Of a DNA stretch of 64,000 nucleotides, positions 54,473 through 64,000 are shown piece after piece. This DNA comes from the human T2T-CHM13v2.0 reference genome, Homo sapiens. Each line of letters starts with the position of its first letter. The stretch's first letter is position 1. The stretch lies in NCBI RefSeq assembly GCF_009914755.1, contig NC_060929.1; one strand, 5' to 3'. The notes under the pieces were generated by a model. It saw only the letters and a list, made by a program, of their open reading frames with translations, ran no database searches and was not told the DNA's origin. A program made the translations under genes and the position numbers.

Positions 54473-54790
54473 GCTGTGCTGTGTATTTTGTTTGCTCCTC
54501 TAGATTCATTCCTCCCTTTTCAACCCTGCTTTCTTCTCTAGGAGGCTGACCTGTGTAGACTATATTAACTATATCAAGAACACCCTTGCCCTTGGACTTC
54601 TGGTTGGGTTAAGCCAATGGGGGCATCTGCAGGAGACTGGCAGAAGGACAGAGGGCAAGTCCCAGGTGTGACTCTTGGCTCCCTTCCAGCTAGGTCACCT
54701 CAGCCTGGCTGTGCCTCTTCAGTGTAGGTCCCTGCTTCTCACAAGGCATCCTGTCTCTGTACAAGAGCTTTTTCCTCTTGGCCATTTTAC
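54473..54790. mobile_element. LTR33-like ERVL LTR
   Basis: ACCCTGCTTTC..GGAGGCTGACCTGTGTAGACTA..CCCTTGCCCTTGGACTTCTGGTTGGGTTAAGCCAATGGG. Confidence 0.7.
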
Positions 54791-54879
54791 TATGTATTAG
54801 TATTTAGTATTTTTTTAAGTATTTTTTAGTATTTAGTATTTTTTTTGGGGGGGGAATCCTTTCTAAGTCATTTTTCATT

Positions 54880-55040
54880 TTATTTCTGCCATTTACTACA
54901 TGTCTGACCTCGAACAAGCCTCTAAATTTTTCCGAACCTCAATTTCCTTATTTGTAAATAATAAAAAAAGGGTATCTATCTCATAGGGGTCTTGTGATAA
55001 CTAAACGAGACAGTCTATGAAAGGGTTAGCATAGTGCTGG
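54880..55040 (+). mobile_element. MIR
   Basis: TCTGCCATTTACTA..GAACCTCAATTTCCTTATTTGTAAA..CTCATAGGG. Confidence 0.7.
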
Positions 55041-55526
55041 TGGTACTGGTATATACCATATGGCCTCTAAGTGCTTTTTGTCCTTACAGCTCTCTCTTGT
55101 CAGAATGATTCCAACTCTCCATTCCCTCCCCAATCATCACTCTAACAGTTTCAGAAGTGAATTCTGTCTTTTGTTAGTTTTCATTACCAGTTACTTCTAG
55201 TATTTATTATTACATTTTGATGTTTTGGAAAGCTTTTTGCCAGAAAGTGTCTTCTAATTTCACACTTCTAAATAATGCAGACAATGTAGACAGCCCTACT
55301 AAAAACCTGAAAGACATTGTCAGATTTGGGGGTCAGTTTTCAAACTCTCTACATTTTTAATGCTGGTGGGCAATATCAACAATGGTACAGGATGGGCAAG
55401 GCTACATTGCAGGGAGAAAACAGTTCACTACTATGCAGTGCCATCTGAATGCCACGCTTGGAGAAAGTACATTAGTATCTCATTGACACATTTAAATATC
55501 CTGGAAGGGAATACTGTATTTCTTTA

Positions 55527-55984
55527 GGGCAGAGATTGCCAATTGCCTTCCCAAATGCATTCTCTGCTTTCTCCTATGCCGGGCACTTTGCTACCTGGCA
55601 AAAGACTACCTTCTCTTAAATAATGAAGATTTGGCTACATGACTGAGTTTAGACAAAGAATTGCAATTTGGACATAGGTGTGCTGTGACTTCCAAAGTGT
55701 CTTTCAATGGAGAGAGCACATTATTTCTTTATTCCTTTCTTTTCTCAGTTTTTCAGCATGTAGACATGATGGCTGGTGCTCAAGGAGCCATCTTAAACCA
55801 TGAGTTGGCAAACTAAGAATGGAGCAGGGCCACAGAGTGGAAGCCTGGGTCTCTGCCTGTGGATTCATCATCTCAGCCCTCAACTGCCAGCCTCAGGTTT
55901 CTACCATGTATTTAACTAACTGTTGTTATTCTCTCTCTCTTTTTTTTTTAAAATAATGCAGCCAGCCTAGTTCTAACTGATGCA
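55527..55984 (+). mobile_element. MLT1J/K-type LTR
   Basis: GGCTACATGACTGAGTTT..GATGGCTGGTGCTCAAGGAGCCATCTT..GAAGCCTGGGTCTCTG..CTAACTGATGCA. Confidence 0.7.
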
Positions 55985-57384
55985 TTTAATCTGAGTTTTG
56001 GATATAGGAGGCAAGAGCTCAAGGATGTTTTCACTTTTCTTGGATCCCAATAAAGCACTTAGAGAGGTAGAATTACTATCCATTTCTGAAAGCAAGACAT
56101 TCTTTTTCCAGTGATCCATGCTACTTTCATACTATTCTCTTTCTCACTGCTGCTCCCCACCCTCTCTCTTTCTTCTCTTCTTTTTATCAAAAGCTGAGGT
56201 TCAGGGCTCAATATTCAAAATCTGGTTCTTATTGGGATTTGGATTACAATTATTATTTGATGGAGTCTTTAATGTGTTTCCAAAGCCACTGCCTAATTGT
56301 AGAAATGAAGAGTCAAAAAATAATAGGATCCTCTGTAAGCAAGCATCCAATAAATTATTCAGAATTTTTAAAGGATGCTTTATCATCAGATGTTTATAGC
56401 TTTAAAGCCAGAAGAACAGAGGGAGAACACAAAAGAGGCCTTCAAGTCATCCTCTTTTTTGATGGTGAAATGTTACTACAAGTCTTGCTGTTGCTACCCT
56501 CACTGTCTGCTCTCCCTGGGATTTAATGGAGATGGCAATCTAATTATTACCAGAAGCCCACCCAGATAGTTAAATACAGTTCAATAATAGCTTTGTGAGG
56601 GAGGGAGCTGTGGCAACACAGAATGGGGAACAATTAGTCTTTTTCAGGCCAGAGAAAGACCAATATTATAACATAAATTCCTCAGCAATAACATTGCCAT
56701 TTTCTCCAAGTCATCATAAAATAAACTAGAATTAGGAAAACAGGGAGATGTGTGGAATGCTGTCACACAAAAGGCCCACAGATGAGTGTGGATCAAGCTA
56801 ATTTTCAATGCATAACCACATGATTTGAATACCAAATTAAGCAAAAATAAAACACAACCCCCACACCCAACCTCCCCAAACCTCACCTAAATAACCATTT
56901 CATAGATATTTGAGATGTAAAACTACTGAGATTTTCTTTTTTAAGAGCTCAAGGGAAGTGTCTGTGTGCTATAGCTTGAAAAACAAATATTTATAAATTA
57001 TAAAAGCATTGTCTCTGTTTGTGAATCTGTAAAATCTCTGCATCTTGACAATTAGGAGGCAGAAAATGTTATACATAAGCACTTCCTTGTGAGCTGGAAG
57101 GAAAATGACTGGTGAGATGCTTCCAAATTTGTTACTTTCGGTGTATGGGAAGGGAGGAGGTAAAAGCATTTTGAGAAAATTGGGAAGCTTGAAATTTTCA
57201 AGTAGTGTTTGATTTGTCAGTAGAGAATCTGCCCTGGTACCTTATCAATCTATGAAGATCACTTTTTTATGTTCTCAGCCTGATGGCATATGTCTCTTCA
57301 TTCATCCTACACCATTATCCATTTTTCCTCCATCCGTTTTTGTAATTTCCTGTTAATGTGCCCCAACCAAAAGGTTGCAGAGTG

Positions 57385-57688
57385 GGCCGGGCGCGGTGGC
57401 TCACGCCTATAATCCCAGCACTTTGGGAGGCTGAGGCGGGCGGATCACGAGGTCAGGAGATCGAGACCATCTTGGCTAACAAGGTGAAACCCCATCTCTA
57501 CTAAAAATACAAAAATTGGCCGAGTGTGGTGGCGGGCGCCTGTAGTCCCAGTTACTCAGGAGGCTGAGACGGGAGAATGGCCTGAACCCGGGAGGCGGAG
57601 CTTGCAGTGAGCCGAGTTCGCGCCACTGCACTCCAGCCTGGGCGACAGAGGGAGACTCCGTCTCAAAAAAAAAAAAAGAAAAAAAAGA
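57385..57688 (+). mobile_element. AluY, full length, CpG-rich
   Basis: GATCACGAGGTCAGGAGATCGAGACCATC, GGCGGGCGCCTGTAGTCCCA, GAGCTTGCAG; perfect 16-bp TSD AAAAGGTTGCAGAGTG (57369-57384/57689-57704). Confidence 0.98.
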
Positions 57689-57704
57689 AAAAGGTTGCAG
57701 AGTG

Positions 57705-57930
57705 TAGTGGTTGAGAGATGGATACTGGAATTACCTTTCTGAGTTCAAAACCTGGCTTCCCTAGCAAGTGATCTTGGGCAAAGTACTTTCTGTATCAGTC
57801 TTTCTGCCTGTGAAATGGAGACAATGCAATTCATGTGTGGTTATGAGGATGAAATGAGTTATTGTTTTGTTCAGTGCCTAGAACAGTGTGTGGCAAACAG
57901 TAGGTGCCATATAAGTGTTTGTTAAATGTC
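57705..57930 (+). mobile_element. MIR
   Basis: GTAGTGGTTGAGAG..GAGTTCAAAACCTGGCTTC..GATCTTGGGCAAAGTAC..CTGTGAAATGGAG..AGAACAGTGTGTGGCA. Confidence 0.8.
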
Positions 57931-59534
57931 TTAGAAAACAACTATTGTGAGCTTCGGAGCTATAAATTGCCTACTCAAAATGGATAAACGAATGGATGGT
58001 ATTACCATGTCTCCAATTGAGGCAAAAGGAGCGTATGTGTGTGTATGCGGGGGGTGGGGATTTGGTGGCATCGGGAATTGTGAGGGATGAATGCCCAAAA
58101 ACCTCTGTTTTGCATGCTCTTACCAGTATTTTGGTCGTGGAATCACTAGCACTGAGGCTCTCACAAAGGGTCCCCTGGACTTTGATGTCACTGTTGAGTC
58201 AGGAAGCACACAGAGGAGGGAGGAGGCAAAATCTTCCCTAAGCAGTTACAGAATGAATTGATGTGGGCAGACGTGGGTCTTGCTTTGCTGAGGCTGGGTG
58301 GTCAGAGCAGAAGTGTTAAAGACACAATGAGAGGCAGCTTCAAAAGCCGTGGCCTTGCCAACAAGTGCTGGTAAACAAACGTGGTTGCCAGACCGATGCA
58401 GTTGGCAGCATCCCACAGTGGGGTGGTCCCCGATATGCTGGCTGACCTGAAGCCAGGTCCTGACAGGTGGTGGGCAGACGCTGCCCAACTTTTCTGATCA
58501 GGACTAGAGAATACCCCCAGTGAAGGCTCTGTATGGAAGGACCAATCCTCCAGCAGTGGCTGCATGATAAATAGCATGTATTTGGAAAACAGAAGGAATA
58601 TGGGCCCTCTGCTGTGGATTCTCTGACCTTCAATTTCCTCATGTGTAAATGAGAATTAATAATTTCCACTTCATAAGTTTGTCATAAGAAAAAAAGTGAG
58701 TATAAAAGTACTTTGTAACTAGAAGTATATATTACTGATATTGGTTATGATTGTGTAGATGATAGAACCAGTTTTGTGGTTTGTTTATAATGCAGAAATG
58801 ACATGCTTTATATAGTAGAGATATTCCTGAAAAGGTATGCAAATATTTTCTCACTTACCAGATCCCAGGCCCTTTAAGAGAAAAGACCATGATGTATTAA
58901 TTTCAGTAGTCTCCCTGTGTTCTTTTGTTCCAACACAATGCTTTTCTCTTAAAAGATATGGAACAAATACAGCATCTTGCTCCGCAAAGAAATTGTATAG
59001 GAAAGAATCATTGTCTCATCTTTAAAATCATGGAGATATTTTATTTAAATAGCTTCCTGCATTTTCTGGGAATATTATCTTTTTTAGAAAGCACCATATT
59101 TACACTATGTACTATAGGACTCCTCTAATAAGTTATCTAACTACTCAATCTTGATAAACCTAAGATGGATTCAAGTTCATATAAAATTAATGGTAAATTA
59201 TTTTGAGTAGCTATTCACTCTGTAAATTAAAAAAATTTTCTATGATTTCTTTAATAAAATAAGATTAGAGAATAGAACAAGGCTCAGAAATTTTTATGAC
59301 TTTAAGGAGAAACATCTGCTATATCTTGTGTTTCTTTTTAAAAATATGGAAGCAGAGTGAAGCTGTCATCTATGAAAGATAAATCACTGGAAAGAACTCC
59401 AAAGGTTTAGAACTATTTGGCAAAAAGATTTATGAAATCTAAAAGCTAGGAAGAAAGAACAGAATGAATCAATCAAACATCCTCTTTGTTGTATGGAGTG
59501 AAGCTTGTTTGGAGTTTTTTATGGGCTGGCTGTT

Positions 59535-59890
59535 ATTTTTAATTAATTAACTAATAGTTAAACATGTTTTGAAATATGTCTACATTGTAGAATGGCTAAA
59601 TCAAGATAATTAAAATATTCATTACGTTATATACTTAGTTATTTGTGGTGAGAACACTTAAAATCTACTCTCTATGCAATTTTCAAGCATATAATTCATG
59701 GTTATTAACTAAGTCACCATGATGTGCAATACATCTTCTGAACTTATTCCTTCTGTGTAACTGAAATTTCATATGGTTTGACCAACATCTCCCCAAACCT
59801 CCTTGACTCCCCCAGCCCTGGTAGCCACCATTCTACTCTCTGCTTCAGTGAGTTTGGCTTTCTAGATTCCACATATAAATAAGTGAGATG
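59535..59890 (-). mobile_element. L1MA-type 3' end fragment
   Basis: ACATTGTAGAATGGCTAAATCAAG..GTGGTGAGAACACTTAAAATCTACTCTC..CCCTGGTAGCCACCATTCTACTCTCTGCTTC..TAGATTCCACATATAA. Confidence 0.85.
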
Positions 59891-60760
59891 TGAACGAACT
59901 TCGAAGTACAAACGATGACATGAGTCCATCCTCATTTTGTGAGGAAGAGGAGTTTTAGAAGTAAAAATGTGCTGGGCCACTGACAGGAAAGTAGTAAATA
60001 CACCACTGAGGTTGAGAAGATATGAAAAGGAAAGCTGAAGGTGTCTTTGGTGGGCTTCACCATTTTGTGAAATGGACACTGGATCTGGTCCATTTTCGCT
60101 CCATGTTCCAGCAGACAGAAGCAGGGCTGATGACTTTTATGTCTCAGCTACCAACACTGTGTTCTTTGATCTCCTTCAACCTTCGCAGAGCAAATCACTG
60201 CTTCAGAGGCTATCTGAACCTACACCTTGTGCCAGGGCACAGGTTGGTACAGTTATAAATTGCTTCTAATTGTCATGGTCCAGCTCTTTTTCCACTCCAA
60301 TCTTTTCTAGAATGTTTTTTTACCAGTCAGTTACAAGTTTGTGCTGAGGATCTGAGTCCTTGCTCTTCCACATTGGTAAGTTTAAATCGCTATTGCCAAA
60401 TAAGGGAAGAATATTGATTTTTAAGCTAGGTTGACTTTTGCATCATTTATGTTTATTTGTTTCCTTTGCATGGACTAAGTTAAAAGACTTAACTATGCAT
60501 TTTGTATTTAGAAAACAGGTTTTTTTTTTTTCACAAACTAATAACCCCTGATTAGCTCTGGTAATTATCCTAAAGTTTGGTCTCATTATAACCAGCATTT
60601 TGCCATGAGTTTGCCCTCTAGGAATTTGGAAAGATGTATGATGAATTCTGTTTTCAAATCACTCCAGCTTTGGTGTCTTACAATTCTTCAATTAAGAATA
60701 GAACAAATGTTTCTAATTAAGAATAAAATAGAATTATATATTTTCTTTTCTCTTGTACAG

Positions 60761-60797
60761 AAAAAAATTATGAGACTTTGGCCTTGAAAGTCTCATA
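60761..60797 (+). other. Candidate short exon containing a perfect 11-bp hairpin
   Basis: TTTTCTTTTCTCTTGTACAG acceptor; GTGAGT donor at 60798 (alternative GTAAGT at 60831). Confidence 0.35.
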
Positions 60798-61004
60798 GTG
60801 AGTGCCTGTCATGTTATAACAGGGCAAAAAGTAAGTATAATATTCAAACCTTACTAACCTGTAAATTGGGGGAGAAAAACCAATGTGAATTAGAAGAAAA
60901 GACTGAATCATAATATATTGTAAATAAATGAAATGATTTCACCTTTTAAAGTACATGGACTGAAGATTTATTTAATTATAGTGATGATGATGATGGTAAT
61001 ACAA

Positions 61005-61200
61005 TTATAATGGCTAACACTTATATAGTGTTTCCTATGTTCCAGGCACTGTTCTGGCAGCTTTACATTTATTAAGTTATTCGATCCTCACAACAACTCC
61101 ATGAAGTAGATAATAATATCTCCATATTACAGATTAGAAAAATGGCGCACAGAGAGGGGAAGTAACTTGCTCAAGAGATTGAGTAATTTTGCACAGTGAT
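61005..61200 (-). mobile_element. MIR
   Basis: GCTAACACTTATATAGTG..TGTTCCAGGCACTGTTCT..ATCCTCACAACAAC..TTACAGATTAGAAAA..AAGTAACTTGCTCAAG. Confidence 0.85.
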
Positions 61201-62607
61201 GAGTGGTATTTAGTTACCTTACTTTTAATGAATTAATTCTAACTTTAAATGAGCATTTGAAATGCTTCACTTTGTTGGTGAAATGAAATAAATAGGCATT
61301 TTCAAGATCAAATCTAGCTTGGGGGGTTCAGTGAGTGAAAGTTTCTCAGGCTATGAGGCATTCCAAATGAATGAATATTTCCCAGTAAACAAATGCGGGA
61401 AACACCGTTCTTTTAAAACTCCAAACAAGTAAATTTGTAATGCTGAAATTTAGTGAGATTGATACATTGTTATTTACCATTCTGCTCCCATAAATTTCAG
61501 ATATAAAGCAATGCCTGAGCATGGACTGTATAAATTATTTTTGGAACACTAGAAGAGGCACTAGTCATAAAAAAATTTAACATACAATTTTTAAATAATA
61601 CATTGTTCAGACTTAGTTTGTTCTCTCTGTAATTCTATTTGGTAGCAGAAACCTTATTCTTAGTTTTCTACTTCACAGAATTATAGCAAATGCCAACTAT
61701 TTCACTACATTTGACTCTTTTCTAGAAGAAACACAGAAGTACTGAAAGTATCAATATGTTACCACATATTCAGGGTCTGTGATTAGCCAAAATATAATAG
61801 AAGGAATTTAAGTATAGGGTCATAGGTGCCTTGAAACATAATTCAAGATAATTCCAAGCCCATTTATATCTAGTTCAAGTTTATATATAGAAAATTTAAT
61901 ATATTATGAATATGCCTTCAATTATTATATTCACAATTGTTTATTTGAGAACATGCAGAAAACTTGGTTAGTATGAGATTTCAGTGAAATTATATACTGT
62001 TGTATAACTGTGAATCATGACATGAACAAAAGCTACAACCCTCTGTACTCCTGATAGCTATTTTATAATCTCTTATGTTATACTTGTCAACTGAAGCCTA
62101 GGTAAGAGTTAGTGTGACCTTGTGCACGTACAATGGCCTTGGGCAGTTAACACAGCCCATCTCATCAGATGGTTGTGAGGTTCTAAGTATTTATTACATA
62201 GCAGGAATCATCGTTAATCAATTAATCACCACCCCATCATTTAATTTATGGATTAGGAACGAATATCATCCCCTCTTGATAAATGAGACAATAGAAGTCC
62301 AGAGAGTTTAGGTAATTTGGTAAGCAATTATTTGAGTCTGAATGCAGGCAGGCTCTGGGCTCCAGAGCTCATGTCCTTCATGGTTAAGATGATGAGGATC
62401 AAGTGGACCACAGATAAAAGCCTTTGAAAAGCACATTGTGTATTGTGCGTGAGTGTTAGTTAGACACGAGTCATATTAAAGATACTCGTGATAACAGTGA
62501 GAAGATTAACAGTGAACATTTTGAAGTTTCTTAAATTTGTTTTAAGACTTTCATTTTTTAATGATAATAAGTGCAGCTCTTAGCACTGCACATCAATAAG
62601 TAAAAGA

Positions 62608-63400
62608 TGTACCAATTGCTGTGGGTTCCCCAGGAAACAGGCTGATATGATTTGGCTCTGTGTCCCCACCAAATTCTCGTGTTGAATTGTAACTCCTGGT
62701 GTTGGAGGAGGGGCCCGGTGCGAGGTGATTTAATCACGGGGGCGGACTTCCCCTTTGCTGTTACCGTGATAGTGTTCTCACGAGATCTGGTTGTTTTAAA
62801 GTACGTAGCACCTCCCCCTTCTCTCCGTTTTCCTCCTTCCTGCCATGTTGAATGTGTCAGCCTCTCCTTCACCTTCCACTCTGATTGTAAGTTTCCCCAG
62901 GCATCCTTCCTGTACAGCCTGTGGAACTGAGAGTCAATTGAACCTCTTTTCTTTATAAATTACCCAGGTAGTTCTTTATAGCAGTGTGAGAACAGACTAA
63001 TACATAGGCTCTGAGAGGGAGAGGTTTATTGGAAGCTCTCTCAGGAGATACACCTGTGAAGAAGCGAGGACGACAGGACTAGGCAGAGCGAAGTGCTGAT
63101 ACACAAAGTGGTTGCACCTGAGGTCTTACCCAATTGTACTGGGAGCTGGGATGCCATTTCAGAGTTTCCCACCCCAACGTTTAGCCCAGGGGGACTTTAT
63201 GTTACTACTTAGCCACTCATTAGTCATGGGCTGCTCCCCTGGAGGGGAAGTAACCATGAGTGGGACAGTTCCCTGCGAGGGGAGGAAATTCCCAGTGAGG
63301 GATGCAGCTGTGAACCATCAGCAGCTAGTATTCTCAGCAGCTGCAAGAAGAATGCTCGAGTCCTGAAGATCTGGGTGAGACACCACAGTATCCACTATAC
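62608..63400 (-). mobile_element. Old MLT1 (K/L-type) LTR split by MSTA
   Basis: GGGTTCCCCAGGAAACAGGC|MSTA|TCTGAGA..GGTTTATTGG..ACACCTGTGAAG..GGGAGCTGGGATGCC..GGGCTGCTCCC. Confidence 0.65.
62643..63004 (+). mobile_element. MSTA-type MaLR solo LTR
   Basis: TGATATGATTTGGCTCTGTGTCCCCAC...ACAGACTAATACA; TSD CAGGC/TAGGC. Confidence 0.92.
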
Positions 63401-63594
63401 CACCTCTTACAAAAGGTGAAAAAAGCCCCAAACGCATAATTAACTAAAAGTAAAAATACAAATGGCAAAGAAAACTATGAAAAACATAGTGTTTATTAAC
63501 AAGAAAATGTCAATTACAACAATTTTCTCCTATCAATTGGCGTAGATGAAAAAATAGCTAATGAACTATAGTGAGAGTACCCCAAGGTAGGCCT

Positions 63595-63790
63595 AATTTT
63601 TATTAAATAATTCTTTTAGAAATAATTTCAAACTTAAAAGAGTAGCAGGTACAGTACAAAGAACCCTTACATCCCTTCACCCAGATTCTTTATGTATTAA
63701 CATTTCATCACATTTGTGTAAATACTCTGTGTGTATGTACATTTATACTTACCTATATCATCTGTATCTCTATTGATTGCCCCTTGTATA
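63595..63790 (-). mobile_element. L1MC/ME-type 3' end fragment
   Basis: AAATAATTTCAAACTTA..ACAGTACAAAGAACCC..CCCTTCACCCAGATTC..TTAACATTT. Confidence 0.65.
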
Positions 63791-63824
63791 CAGAGTTTTT
63801 ATTTATTAAACTAAGATGATAAAA

Positions 63825-63945
63825 GCAGTGTCTTGAAATTCAGATCTGAGTTTGAGTCCCAGTCACTCATTTTCTGTGGGACCTTGAGCAAGATAGATTT
63901 TCTTATGATCTCTGTTTCTTCAGTTGTAAAATGGAGATAACTCCT
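63825..63945 (+). mobile_element. MIR fragment
   Basis: CAGATCTGAGTTTGAGTCCCAG..GACCTTGAGCAAG..TGTAAAATGGAGATAA. Confidence 0.75.
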
Positions 63946-64000
63946 GTGTTCTTTTTTCTTGTTGTTCAAATTAGATCCTCCATACAGAACTCAGCACTGG

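Noticed and set aside
54795-54846. (AGTATTT)n-like repeat
   Set aside because: Short degenerate simple repeat without functional indication.
57385-57688. AluYb8 assignment (AACAAGGTG variant)
   Set aside because: Lacks the Yb8 7-bp duplication near the 3' end; treated as generic AluY.

Overview
Primate genomic DNA, hominoid given the SVA and probably human. It is intronic or intergenic in character and dominated by interspersed repeats. I recognise no intact cellular protein-coding gene, RNA gene or CRISPR array, and nearly all listed ORFs are repeat-derived or chance. The main elements are: an SVA_A-like retrotransposon (4606-5941, -); an L1-retrotransposed, 5'-truncated HERV-W processed pseudogene with a multiply frameshifted syncytin-like env (6723-9600, -); a near full-length L1PA8/8A-like LINE-1 (30393-37584, -) carrying a HERV-K(HML-2) LTR5 solo LTR; several Alus; and many MaLR/ERVL LTRs, old L1M/L2/CR1/MIR fragments and DNA-transposon MITEs. 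The most unusual sequence-level signals are a 127-bp insertion copied from two separate local templates (41747-41873), a 30-bp orphan retro-insertion with a perfect 16-bp TSD (21041-21102), an L1 3' transduction (17691-18026), a twin-primed inverted L1 (42306-42517), a double-tailed mosaic Alu, an inversion through an ERVL integrase remnant, an LTR promoter pointing into the SVA, and several candidate microexons. I found no convincing new multi-gene system. Subfamily names come from remembered consensus features and should be confirmed with RepeatMasker/Dfam.
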